Shown piece by piece: positions 9,603 to 19,301 of a stretch of DNA of 64,000 bases; the first letter of the stretch is position 1; every line of letters starts with the position of its first letter. The DNA comes from an uncultured Acidobacteriota bacterium (GTDB lineage: Bacteria; Acidobacteriota; Thermoanaerobaculia; Gp7-AA8). Below the pieces are notes generated by a model. That model was given only the letters and a program-made list of their open reading frames with translations. It had not been told where the DNA came from and did no database searches. The position numbers and the translations under genes were made by a program. The DNA is taken from assembly GCA_963741955.1 (NCBI GenBank), contig CAVUKB010000007.1:1184001-1248000 (forward strand), given 5' to 3'.

Positions 9603-12600
9603 TCACGACTCTCGAGGAACCTGGTCTTGCAACTCGACTTTCTCTCCCTCTCCAGCGATCGCGTTCTCCTTCCCTCGGCGGAAGAGCCAGAGAACGACGA
9701 TCGCGAGGACGGCGAGAAGCGCGGCGGCGTTCCATCGCAGTGCGCTGTTGTGATTCGCAAAGAGTCCGAATGCGCTGGCGAGGATGCTCCACGAGAAGAT
9801 CGCGAGGGGCCACGCGAGTGGGTCGCCGCCGAGGATCACGAATCCGACCAGAAGGAGGATTGCCGCCCCGGCCAGCGCGACGAGGATCGCCCAGACTTCA
9901 CCATGCAGCGATGACGGCATCATCAGAATCGCGACGGAACCGAACAGGATGATCCGGACCGCCGAGTGGTACTTCTGCGGCACGGACCGGAAGAGAGTGA
10001 CCAGACAGACCACCACGGCCGATCCACCGACGGTGATGAGCAGTGCGGACCAGAGGGCGCCGAATGCCGGCGCCGTTGCGACGAGGAGCGGCGACGGGGA
10101 GATGGGGTCGGGAGCGAAACCGAGATGTCCGAACCAGCGGGGAAGGAATGAAGCGACCGCACTGGCGAGTGCGAAGATCGAGATCGCCGCGGCGACAGCC
10201 GCGACGGCCCGGGCCACCAGTGGACGCCGCTGGCGCACGTCGATCAGGCGTCGGGAAGCGGGATATCCCGTCTCGATGATTGCGATCGAAAGGAACAGCA
10301 TCCCGAGCTGTGCCGCAACGGTTCCCACTCCGCCCGCTACGATCATCACCAGAAACGTGTTCCACGCCATCGACGTGTCGTAACTCTGAACGAAGGCCGG
10401 AAGATCGAGGAAGATCGCGACGACCGGCACGACGATCAGCATCGCGGTGATTCGGGTTGCTCGCCTCCAGACGAAACGGCCGCTCCGGAAGCCGTACACG
10501 AAACCGGAGACCACCAGGGTGAGAAGGAGAAGCGCGGCGGCGATCTTCAGTGCGATCAGCGCGATATTCACGAGGCGGGTCTCCTCGGCTTTTCGAACCT
10601 CCGCTTCGGGGATCTTCACCGTCTTCGCGAACTGCGTGACTTCCCGACCCGCGACGCGGACCGTCGCGCGCTCCCAGGCCTGTGCGGCGAGAGGCTGGCG
10701 CGACTGGAAGTGGAACAGCCAGTCCTTCCGTTTCGGCTGCGGATACTGGAGTGCCTCTTTGACCTCCACCTGCGCGGGATCGACTCCGTATCGCTGCAGG
10801 ACGGAGCTCGCGGTCCGCTCGGCCTGAGCTCTGGCGAGAGAAGGTCCGGGATTGGTCTCGCTCTGATAGCGGTGATAGCCGACCACCTTCGACGTCCGCG
10901 GGTCGATCTCGACGAAGATCTCGTTCTTCTCCTGGGGGGTGAAGAAGCGGACCACCCACGTGGCGCCCTGCACGTCTTGGATCTCGATTCCGATCAGCGC
11001 GTCGAGCCCTCGTTTCGATTCGCGGGTGATGTACTCCGCGGCGACCTGAAAGTAACCGTCGGGAGAGCCGCCGTCTTCGCGCGAAGAGTCCTCGTCCCAC
11101 GATCGGAATCCCGGGACCGGAACGACGAGCACCTTTTGCGGCACAACTCGTACGCCGATCTCCGCGAGATGCCGTCGCGCAATCTGTTCCGCCCTCGCTG
11201 GATCGATCCGGTAGTCAGCGACGGAATCGAGAGTGGGACCGCTGAGGAGGACGATCCCTGCGATGGCCGCGATTGCGATCGCAATGATCGCCAGGTGGAG
11301 GCGCTGTGGCCGGCGCGGAGCAGGCAATGGTGGAGTTTCCGGCTCGGGAGGTGGCGGAGGTGCGGGCGCGGTGCCGATGGCCCGGTTGTCCAGTTCCTCG
11401 TCGGGCTCGAACCCTCCCTTCACGAAGTAAAGAACGATCGAGACGAGAAGGGGAAAGAGGAAGATCAGTGCGGCTGCCGCGGCGGAAAGAATGTAATAGA
11501 GATTGCCGGAGCGGAAGAGCACCAGCGCGGTGTAGAGCGCATCCACGGTGTAATGCCACACCAGGAGAGGGAGGAGTCCGAAGCGGAAGAGAATCAGGCC
11601 CATGAAAACGCCGGCGATACCGACCTCGAGCCCGCGGATGTAGAACGGCTGGTTCGGATACGTCGCGTGTCCGAATCCCCAGATGAACCCCGCGAGGACG
11701 ATCGCGAAGAGACGCGATCGAAACACCTTCTCGAAAAACGGGATGGAGAACGCGCGCGAAATGAACTCCTCGGAGAGTGCGGGGAAGAAGCCGATGAAGA
11801 GAACCGCGACCCACGGGAATGCGGTGTTGAGGATCTCGTCGTACGGAATGTCTGCCGGCGACCATGCCCCGAGCCTGTCGGCGATCATGTAGAACGCGAC
11901 CTGATAGGCGAGGAAGATCGCGACCAGCGCATATCCGAGCACGAATCCCTTGAAGACGCGTTTCGAGCGGAGGGCTTTCGGACGGAACAGCCGCGGGATC
12001 GCGAGCTTCAGGGGGAAGCGCTCTCGATAAAGAGGTTCGCCCGCGCCGACGATCACCATCAGCAGAAAGGCCATGAACACGCCCTGCAGTGCCGAGGAGA
12101 AGACGTGACCTGCCACGAATGCCGGATAGGAACTGGTGGTGTCGTATCCCGCGAGCGCGCTCGGGAACGAGTTCAGGCCCACCGCGGTGACCAGCACCGC
12201 GCACGTGATTCCGACCGCGATCACGAAGCGGATCGCGACGTCGCCCCGCCTCAGCCGCACGATGAAGACGACCAGCGCCGCGATGAACGTCAGTGCGAGA
12301 AAGATCGTGTCGATCATCCCGGCCGCGTTGTTCTTCGAGCGGAGGTTGCGGTAATCACGCTCCCACGCGTCCGGAACCTTCAATCCTTCTCCGTAAGCGC
12401 CGATCGTGTTCCCGTCCACCGTGACCCGGTAGCGGTAAGGCGCAGAGGCTGGATGGAGAGACCTCGAGTGCCAGGTGAGAATCCACTGGGTTCGATGCGG
12501 AAGATCGCGACGGCTGATCGAGACGAGATCGATCCCCTCTCGCGCGACTCCCACTCGATCGAGGAATCTTTCGCCCATCGCCCTCGCCGCTGCTTCGGTC

Positions 12601-13040
12601 ACCGAAGGGAGAGCGGCGTCTTCCGGACGTGCGTGCTGGAACCCGACCACGCGGCCGCCGGGTGAGACCCGCACGATCATCTCCTCTTTCTGCAGCGGAC
12701 GAAACCAGCGGTCGGTCCAGTACCAGACGCTGACCGGCCCCTTCATCAACTGATTCGCACGACGGAGACCGAGCTCGCGCTCCAGGAAGATCTTCGAGAG
12801 ATCATCCGATTCGAACTGCGACGCCGTCTTCCACGGAACCTTCCCGCTCCGGGCCAGCCCCAGATCGTGGAGAAGCTTCTGCGCGATCGTCATCGACTCT
12901 CCCCGGCCGACCTTGAACTCGATCGAAGCCTCGGGGAATGCATCCGCGAAGTAACGGATGCCGAACCAGCCGGCGAGGAGAAGAAGTGCGAGGGTGATGG
13001 CGAGAAAGCGGAAGTCGGTGCGGTCGAGCCTGTCGCGCAT
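9603..13040 (-). CDS. Large CPBP (CAAX type II) intramembrane protease with duplicated extracytoplasmic domains
   Basis: EEFISR, FIWGFGH and WHYTVD motifs in a multi-TM core; start MRDRLDR with TACAAT 6 nt upstream. Confidence 0.85.
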   Translation of the reverse strand: MRDRLDRTDFRFLAITLALLLLAGWFGIRYFADAFPEASIEFKVGRGESMTIAQKLLHDLGLARSGKVPWKTASQFESDDLSKIFLERELGLRRANQLMKGPVSVWYWTDRWFRPLQKEEMIVRVSPGGRVVGFQHARPEDAALPSVTEAAARAMGERFLDRVGVAREGIDLVSISRRDLPHRTQWILTWHSRSLHPASAPYRYRVTVDGNTIGAYGEGLKVPDAWERDYRNLRSKNNAAGMIDTIFLALTFIAALVVFIVRLRRGDVAIRFVIAVGITCAVLVTAVGLNSFPSALAGYDTTSSYPAFVAGHVFSSALQGVFMAFLLMVIVGAGEPLYRERFPLKLAIPRLFRPKALRSKRVFKGFVLGYALVAIFLAYQVAFYMIADRLGAWSPADIPYDEILNTAFPWVAVLFIGFFPALSEEFISRAFSIPFFEKVFRSRLFAIVLAGFIWGFGHATYPNQPFYIRGLEVGIAGVFMGLILFRFGLLPLLVWHYTVDALYTALVLFRSGNLYYILSAAAAALIFLFPLLVSIVLYFVKGGFEPDEELDNRAIGTAPAPPPPPEPETPPLPAPRRPQRLHLAIIAIAIAAIAGIVLLSGPTLDSVADYRIDPARAEQIARRHLAEIGVRVVPQKVLVVPVPGFRSWDEDSSREDGGSPDGYFQVAAEYITRESKRGLDALIGIEIQDVQGATWVVRFFTPQEKNEIFVEIDPRTSKVVGYHRYQSETNPGPSLARAQAERTASSVLQRYGVDPAQVEVKEALQYPQPKRKDWLFHFQSRQPLAAQAWERATVRVAGREVTQFAKTVKIPEAEVRKAEETRLVNIALIALKIAAALLLLTLVVSGFVYGFRSGRFVWRRATRITAMLIVVPVVAIFLDLPAFVQSYDTSMAWNTFLVMIVAGGVGTVAAQLGMLFLSIAIIETGYPASRRLIDVRQRRPLVARAVAAVAAAISIFALASAVASFLPRWFGHLGFAPDPISPSPLLVATAPAFGALWSALLITVGGSAVVVCLVTLFRSVPQKYHSAVRIILFGSVAILMMPSSLHGEVWAILVALAGAAILLLVGFVILGGDPLAWPLAIFSWSILASAFGLFANHNSALRWNAAALLAVLAIVVLWLFRRGKENAIAGEGEKVELQDQVPRES

Positions 13041-13084
13041 GGTGGAATTGTAGGTGGATTTCGAAATGTCCGGCGGCCTCCCCC

Positions 13085-13113
13085 TTGACAAGTTCCGCCG
13101 CCCCCCGCATTCT
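13085..13113 (+). promoter_or_regulatory. Sigma70-type promoter of the fadR-fadD-fadJ operon
   Basis: TTGACA (13085-13090), 17 bp, CATTCT (13108-13113). Confidence 0.7.
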
Positions 13114-13116
13114 TGC

Positions 13117-13136
13117 CTGAATGAACACTCATTCAG
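13117..13136. promoter_or_regulatory. FadR (TetR/YsiA-type) operator palindrome
   Basis: CTGAATGA-ACAC-TCATTCAG matches the Bacillus subtilis FadR box pattern TGAATGA-N4-TCATTCA and lies just after the -10. Confidence 0.85.
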
Positions 13137-13146
13137 CGGGGCGCCG

Positions 13147-13752
13147 ATGACTTCCATCCCTCATCCGGGTGAGGCCGGCACGGTGACTGGAAAGCGCGAG
13201 CGGATCCTGCGGGCGGCGATCGACGTCTTTGCACGGAGCGGCTACGCGAGCGCGAAAGTCGCAAACATCGCCAAGACGGCGGGAGTCGCCGACGGAACGA
13301 TCTACCTCTATTTCCAGGGTAAGGAAGATCTGCTGATCACGATCTTCCGCGAGCAGTCGCGCGGATTCCTCGAAACGCTCAGCCACGAGCTGCAGGGAGT
13401 CGAGGACCCGCGGGAGCAGCTCCGAATCGCGATCCGCGTCCATCTCGAATCGTTCGCGCGCGATCGCGCCCTGGCCATCGTCTTTCAGGTGGAGCTGCGG
13501 CACAGCCGGAAGTTCGTCTCCCAGCTCTCGCACGAGGAGGTGGCCGAGTACATTTCCGTGATTCGGCGGATTCTGGAGGACGGCCAGAAAAGAGGAGCGT
13601 TCCGTAAGGATTGGCATCCGCAAGTCGTCGCGAAGTGTGTTTTCGGAATGCTCGACGAGATGGTCACCTCGTGGATCCTTTCGGAGAAAGGCTTCGAGCT
13701 CCTCGAGCAGGTGGAGCCGCTCACCTCGTTCGCTCTGCGAGGGATCGAGTAG
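13147..13752 (+). CDS. fadR: TetR family fatty acid metabolism regulator (FadR/YsiA-like)
   Basis: HTH IAKTAGVADGTIYLYFQGKEDLL; C-terminal VFQVELRHS and FGMLDEMVTSW; precedes beta-oxidation genes. Confidence 0.85.
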   Translation: MTSIPHPGEAGTVTGKRERILRAAIDVFARSGYASAKVANIAKTAGVADGTIYLYFQGKEDLLITIFREQSRGFLETLSHELQGVEDPREQLRIAIRVHLESFARDRALAIVFQVELRHSRKFVSQLSHEEVAEYISVIRRILEDGQKRGAFRKDWHPQVVAKCVFGMLDEMVTSWILSEKGFELLEQVEPLTSFALRGIE

Positions 13753-13910
13753 TGGCCCCGACTCGGAGCGGGCGGCACCGTCCGTGAATTGGAATATGAT
13801 CGGCCCTGAATCTCCGTGGACCTCCGCCGCTGCTCCCGACGGGAGCGGCCAGATCCAATCGTGCCGGTCGCGGCTCACCCGAGCCGTGAACGCGGAGACG
13901 AGGTGAGGCG

Positions 13911-15734
13911 ATGCCAGTCGAGACCCTGAACGACATCTATCTCCAGACCTGCAGGATGGAACGCCCCGCGATCATGAAGTTCAAGCGGGGGGAGAAGTGG
14001 ATCGACATCCGCGTGGCCGATTTCGAACGGCGGGTGCGGCATTTCTCAACCGGGCTGCGTGGCCGGGGAGTGAAGCCGGGCGATCGCGTCGCGATTCTCT
14101 CGGAGAACCGTCCCGAATGGGCCATCGCCGATTTCGCGATCCTCGCTCTCGGCGCGGTGACGGTTCCGATCTACTCGACGCTGCTCGGGTGGCAGATCGA
14201 GTTTCTCCTCAATGACTCCGGCTGCGTTGCAGTGGTCGCATCGACCGCGGAGCAGGTGAAGAAGATCCTCGAGATCTGCGCGCACTGTCCGTCGATCCGG
14301 ACCATCATCACGTGCGACGAAGAGCTGGTCGAGCCGGAAAGGATCGTCTCGTTCGATTCGGTGATCGAAGATGGACGGACGATCGAGGAGGAAGAGGGCC
14401 GGACCCGATTCGACGAGCTCCTCGCGAAGGTGAGATCCCAGGACCTCGCAACTCTGGTCTACACCTCCGGCACCACCGGAAACCCGAAAGGGGCGATGCT
14501 CACCCACGGAAACATCACCTCGAACGTGTTGACCACCACCGGGATCGTGGAGTTCCGGACCGGCGACGTGGCGCTCTCGATTCTTCCGCTCTCGCACATT
14601 CTCGAGCGCATGGTGGATTTCGGGTTCTATTACCGCGGTGGTTGCGTAGCGTACGCGGAGAACGTCGCCAACGTCGCAGACAACCTTCAGGAAATCCGGC
14701 CCGACACGTTCGCTGCCGTCCCCCGGTTGTTCGAGAAGATGCAGGCGAAGATCCTGGACGTGGTCGCCGACTCTCCCGCTCCGCGGCAGAAGATCTTCAA
14801 ATGGGCGATCGGAGTCGCCGCGGAACGCCTGCCTTACGTGGTCGAGAGAAAGCCGATGCCGGCGTCGATCTCGTTCAAGTCGATGGTGGCGGACCGCCTG
14901 GTCTTCTCGAAGATCAAAGAGAAACTCGGAGGACACATCCGCTTCATCATTTCCGGCGGAGCACCTCTTTCCGCCGAGCTCGCGGCGTTCTTCATCGGAG
15001 CAGGAGTCGACGTTCTGGAAGGCTACGGTCTCACCGAGACTTCGCCGGTCATTGCGGTGAACACGTTCGAGGCGCGAAAGATCGGAACGGTGGGACGGCC
15101 GATTCCCGGAGTGGAAGTGAAGATCGCCGCGGACGGCGAGATCCTCACCCGCGGTCCACACGTGATGGTGGGGTACTGGAACAATCCGGAAGCGACGGAG
15201 AAGGCCATCGATCCCGACGGCTGGTTTCATACCGGCGACATCGGCGAGCTCGACGAAGAGGGGTACCTCAAGATCACCGATCGCAAGAAGGACCTGATCA
15301 TCACCGCCTACGGAAAGAACATTGCTCCGCAGCCGCTGGAAAATCTCCTGAAGAGCTCTCCCTACGTATCCACTCCCGTCCTGATCGGAGACCGGAGGAA
15401 GTACCTCACGGCTCTGATCGTCCCGAATTTCGAAAAGCTCGAGCGCGACGCGAAGGCGCTGGGGTTGAAGTTCGCTTCCCACGAGGAGCTGGTGAGCCAC
15501 CCGAAGATCCAGGAGATCGTGCAGAAAGAGATCGACCGTTTCAACCAGAGCCTCGACCGGCAGGAGACGATCCGGAAGTTCACCATTCTTCCGGAAGACT
15601 TCTCCATCGAGAGCGGGGAGATCACGCCGTCACTCAAGGTCAAGAGAAAAGTCGTCGACGAGAAGTACAAGCAGCTCATCGACGCGATGTATGCGGACCA
15701 GTCCTCGGAGAAGGACGTCCAGAAAGCCGGGTGA
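13911..15734 (+). CDS. fadD: Long-chain fatty acid-CoA ligase
   Basis: YTSGTTGNPKG, EGYGLTETSP, GWFHTGDIG, ITDRKKDLI, ITPSLKVKR. Confidence 0.93.
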   Translation: MPVETLNDIYLQTCRMERPAIMKFKRGEKWIDIRVADFERRVRHFSTGLRGRGVKPGDRVAILSENRPEWAIADFAILALGAVTVPIYSTLLGWQIEFLLNDSGCVAVVASTAEQVKKILEICAHCPSIRTIITCDEELVEPERIVSFDSVIEDGRTIEEEEGRTRFDELLAKVRSQDLATLVYTSGTTGNPKGAMLTHGNITSNVLTTTGIVEFRTGDVALSILPLSHILERMVDFGFYYRGGCVAYAENVANVADNLQEIRPDTFAAVPRLFEKMQAKILDVVADSPAPRQKIFKWAIGVAAERLPYVVERKPMPASISFKSMVADRLVFSKIKEKLGGHIRFIISGGAPLSAELAAFFIGAGVDVLEGYGLTETSPVIAVNTFEARKIGTVGRPIPGVEVKIAADGEILTRGPHVMVGYWNNPEATEKAIDPDGWFHTGDIGELDEEGYLKITDRKKDLIITAYGKNIAPQPLENLLKSSPYVSTPVLIGDRRKYLTALIVPNFEKLERDAKALGLKFASHEELVSHPKIQEIVQKEIDRFNQSLDRQETIRKFTILPEDFSIESGEITPSLKVKRKVVDEKYKQLIDAMYADQSSEKDVQKAG

Positions 15735-15737
15735 GAA

Positions 15738-17897
15738 ATGACCATCACTGAAGCCGACACCACTGCTCAACCGCCGATGACCTCCGGTGGAGTCTTTCGA
15801 ATCGAGCGCGATGGAGACATGGCGCTTCTCTGGATCGACCTTCCGGGACAGAAGGTCAACACGCTCTCGTCGTCGGTGATGACGGAGCTCGACCATCTCC
15901 TCGACGAGATCGCCGGGATGCGCGAAGTGCGTCGCCTCCTGATCGTGTCGGGGAAGCCGGGCATTTTCATCGCGGGCGCCGACGTGACCGAGTTCACCAA
16001 AGTCGAATCGCGTCAACAGGCCGAGGAGTTCATCAGGTTCGGTCAGAACGTCTTCCGGAAGCTCTCCCGCCTCCCGCAGATCACCATTGCGGTGATCAAC
16101 GGCGTCTGCCTCGGCGGCGGTACCGAGCTCTCGCTCAACTGCGACTATCGCGTGATGTCCGATGACCCGAAGGCCTCCATCGGTCTTCCGGAAGTGAAAC
16201 TCGGAATCCTTCCGGCATGGAGCGGCACCACGATGATGCCCCGGCTGATCGGGCTTCCGGCCGCTCTCGATCTGATCCTGAACGGGAAGACCCTCGACGG
16301 ACGTCGCGCGAAGAAGGTCGGTCTGGTCGATGACGTCATCGCCGCTCCGATTCTCATCGAGGGAGCGAAGATCTTCGCATCGCGTCAGAAGAGCAAGAGG
16401 GCGCCGGGAGGGAGGACGCACTTCTACCTCGAAGGAAATCCGCTCGGACGCGGATTCGCGATCAAGAAAGCCCGCGGCGCGGTGCTCAAACAGACCGGAG
16501 GTCACTATCCGGCGCCGCTGAAGATCCTCGAAGTGATGGAGACGGGACTCGCGAAGGGAGTCGAGGCGGGTCTCGCAGCCGAAGCACGTGCCGCGGCGGA
16601 GTTGATCACCGGCGCGGTCGCGCCGAATCTGGTCCGCCTGTTTTTCCTGATGGAAGACGCGAAGAAGCTCCCCGGCCCGAAGCCGAAAGAGGTCCACAGT
16701 GCCGGCGTTCTCGGTGCGGGACTGATGGGTGGCGGAATCGCGCAGATCGTCGCGGACAAGGCCGACATTCCGGTCCGGATGAAGGACATCAACTGGGATG
16801 CTCTCGCCGGCGGGATGAAGGCCGCTGCGAAGATCTGGAAGAAGAAGGTCGACCGCCGGAGGATGACCCGCAACGCCATGTCACGGAAGTTGGCGATGAT
16901 CACCTCCACCACCGACTGGAGCGGGTTCGGGGACGTCGACGTCGCGATCGAAGCGGTGGTCGAGAACGTCGGCATCAAGCAGAGCGTCCTTCGCGAGTTC
17001 GAGACCGTGGCGAAAGAAGGAGCGATCTTTGCCACCAACACCTCGACCATTCCGATCACCACCATCGCATCTGCGTCACTGCATCCGGAGAACGTGATCG
17101 GGATGCACTTTTTCAGTCCGGTCGACCGGATGCCGCTGGTCGAGATCATCCTCGGAGAGAAGACTTCCGAGGAGACCATGGCGACCGTTGCGGCTCTCGG
17201 AAAACGGATCGGGAAGACGGTCGTGATCTGCAAGGATGGCCCCGGTTTCATCGTGAACCGGATTCTCGGGCCGTACATCAACGAGGCGGGACTGCTCCTC
17301 GAAGAGTCGCACGCGATCGAGTCGATCGACCACGCCATGGTGAAGTTCGGGATGCCTCTCGGCCCGCTCGCCCTCCTCGACGAAGTGGGAATCGACGTCG
17401 CCGGGAAAGCCGCGCACGTCATGGCGGACGCGTTCGGTGATCGGATGAAGCCTTCGGAACTGATCGAAAAACTGCTCGAGGACAAGCGCTACGGAAAGAA
17501 GAACGGCCGTGGCGTCTATCTCTGGACCGAAGGGAAGCGCACCGCGCCGGATCCCACGGTCTACAGGCTGGCCGGTGTGGCGAACGCGCACGAAGGTGAC
17601 GAGGCGTTGATGACCGAGCGGATGGTGATGGTGATGGTCAACGAGGCCGCCCGGATTCTCGATGATGGCATCGCGTTCTCCGCTGCGGACGTCGATCTGG
17701 CGATGATCATGGGGACCGGATTCCCGCCGTTCCGAGGAGGACTGCTCCGTTATGCGGACTCCATTGGAATCTCGAAGCTCATCGAGAAGATGAAAGGACT
17801 GGCGGCGACATATGGACCCCGCTTCCAGCCGGCGGCACCTCTCGAGCGGATGGGGGCAGAAGGAAAGACCTTCTACGACGCCTGGCCGAAACGCTGA
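15738..17897 (+). CDS. fadJ: Fatty acid oxidation complex alpha subunit (enoyl-CoA hydratase / 3-hydroxyacyl-CoA dehydrogenase)
   Basis: FIAGAD, CLGGGTE, GLPEVKLGILP, GAGLMGGGIA, GMHFFSPV, GTGFPPFRGG. Confidence 0.92.
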   Translation: MTITEADTTAQPPMTSGGVFRIERDGDMALLWIDLPGQKVNTLSSSVMTELDHLLDEIAGMREVRRLLIVSGKPGIFIAGADVTEFTKVESRQQAEEFIRFGQNVFRKLSRLPQITIAVINGVCLGGGTELSLNCDYRVMSDDPKASIGLPEVKLGILPAWSGTTMMPRLIGLPAALDLILNGKTLDGRRAKKVGLVDDVIAAPILIEGAKIFASRQKSKRAPGGRTHFYLEGNPLGRGFAIKKARGAVLKQTGGHYPAPLKILEVMETGLAKGVEAGLAAEARAAAELITGAVAPNLVRLFFLMEDAKKLPGPKPKEVHSAGVLGAGLMGGGIAQIVADKADIPVRMKDINWDALAGGMKAAAKIWKKKVDRRRMTRNAMSRKLAMITSTTDWSGFGDVDVAIEAVVENVGIKQSVLREFETVAKEGAIFATNTSTIPITTIASASLHPENVIGMHFFSPVDRMPLVEIILGEKTSEETMATVAALGKRIGKTVVICKDGPGFIVNRILGPYINEAGLLLEESHAIESIDHAMVKFGMPLGPLALLDEVGIDVAGKAAHVMADAFGDRMKPSELIEKLLEDKRYGKKNGRGVYLWTEGKRTAPDPTVYRLAGVANAHEGDEALMTERMVMVMVNEAARILDDGIAFSAADVDLAMIMGTGFPPFRGGLLRYADSIGISKLIEKMKGLAATYGPRFQPAAPLERMGAEGKTFYDAWPKR

Positions 17898-18169
17898 TCG
17901 ATGCTTTCTGTTCCGGCGGCGCGTGGAGTGGGGCGACGCTCTCTTCGGGAGCGCAGAGCCCCCCACGTGCCGGCGATCAGCCACCCCCCGAAGAGCGCGA
18001 TCACCATCAGCATCAGCTGAAGCGCGACATCGCTCCACCGCATCGCTCCTCTGACACTGAGAACGTAGTAGACGAGGAGAGCGGGTGCGGCGAAGACGAA
18101 CAGAAGTCCGAACGCACCCAGTATGGCGTTTCCTGCGCGTGATTCCACGAGCACGATACGGTTCTTCAT
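17873..18169 (-). CDS. Small two-TM membrane protein
   Basis: RBS GAGGAGG before ATG; two hydrophobic segments; overlaps the fadJ 3' end. Confidence 0.6.
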   Translation of the reverse strand: MKNRIVLVESRAGNAILGAFGLLFVFAAPALLVYYVLSVRGAMRWSDVALQLMLMVIALFGGWLIAGTWGALRSRRERRPTPRAAGTESIDQRFGQAS

Positions 18170-18402
18170 GGGACCTCCTCTCTGGCGTGAGCGCCGATAA
18201 GTGCAATATAGGGTCCACCGGCTTCGTCATCTCTGATACGCCATTCTTCGATGGACCGCGACCCGACCACGACCCCACCGAAGAGAAGTCCGACTTGCCC
18301 CCGTCTTTCTGTGCCGCGTTTGTTCGGACTTTTCACAAGCGAGGCCGGATCTCTCTCACACTGCTTCACTGTGCAGGGTCGGATCTCCACTTTACGCCTC
18401 TC

Positions 18403-18429
18403 GTAACCGTTCTTCTACAAAGAGCCGTT
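18403..18429 (+). promoter_or_regulatory. Putative ECF-sigma promoter
   Basis: GTAACC, 17 bp, CGTT resembles the AAC...CGT ECF consensus; upstream of the TonB-family gene. Confidence 0.4.
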
Positions 18430-18515
18430 GAATACTTCATCGGCCTGAACGAGATTGAATACACAGGCCTGAATTCGAGCTCGACCGCGACGCGTCCGGC
18501 ACAAGGAGAGAATCC

Positions 18516-19247
18516 ATGTTCGAGACTACCGTGGTCCCATCGGATCGGCCCGAGTTGCGCCCCCGCCGCATCCTGTTGATGCCCGTTTCCATCGGCGCGC
18601 ACGTCCTGGTGATCACCTTCGCGGTGGTTGCATCGATCTGGACGGTCGGCTTCCCACAGGACGCTCCTGCTCAGGTCCGCGTGTTCACTCCGTTCGTCGC
18701 TCCGCGGGTTCCGCCTGCACCGAGGCCTCGTGCCGTCGCGACTCCGTCGCGAGTTGCTCATCCGCCGGCGCGTCACGTCGACATCTCCACTCCGGAGTCG
18801 GTTCCCGACACCATTCCGCAGCTTCAGCCGCCGGCCGGTGGCGCCGAGAATGCGGACAGTGTCGATTCCGGTGAGGAGAGCCCGTTCGAGTCCTTGATCG
18901 GGACGGGACCGGATGGCCCTCCCGCCGAGAATCTCCTGCCGCCGGACGATTCTGTCCCCCGTCCGGTCGGTGCAGGTGTGAAGGCCCCGGTGCGGATCGC
19001 GGGCGAGCCGCCGCTCTATCCGCACATCGCACGGGTTGCCGGAATCAGCGGAGCAGTGGTTCTGCGTTGCGTGATCGACGAGAGGGGTCATGTCAACAGT
19101 ATCGAAGTCGTGAGTACGCCGAGCCCGATGCTCTCTTCGGCTGCCGTCGATGCGGTTCGCGGCTGGAGGTTCCGCCCGGGAGTGTTTCGAGGACATGCCG
19201 TCGCGACGATCTTCGAGCTGACGGTGAACTTCCGGCTGGAGCGATAG
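18516..19247 (+). CDS. TonB family protein (TM, Pro-rich linker, TonB C-terminal domain)
   Basis: SIGAH TM motif; PLYPHIARVAGISGAVVLRCVIDERG...AAVDAVRGWRFRP. Confidence 0.88.
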   Translation: MFETTVVPSDRPELRPRRILLMPVSIGAHVLVITFAVVASIWTVGFPQDAPAQVRVFTPFVAPRVPPAPRPRAVATPSRVAHPPARHVDISTPESVPDTIPQLQPPAGGAENADSVDSGEESPFESLIGTGPDGPPAENLLPPDDSVPRPVGAGVKAPVRIAGEPPLYPHIARVAGISGAVVLRCVIDERGHVNSIEVVSTPSPMLSSAAVDAVRGWRFRPGVFRGHAVATIFELTVNFRLER

Positions 19248-19301
19248 CCGGCGGGGACCACGGCGCGGGTGGAGGCGCGCCGGCGCCGTGGTCTGGTCCG
19301 G

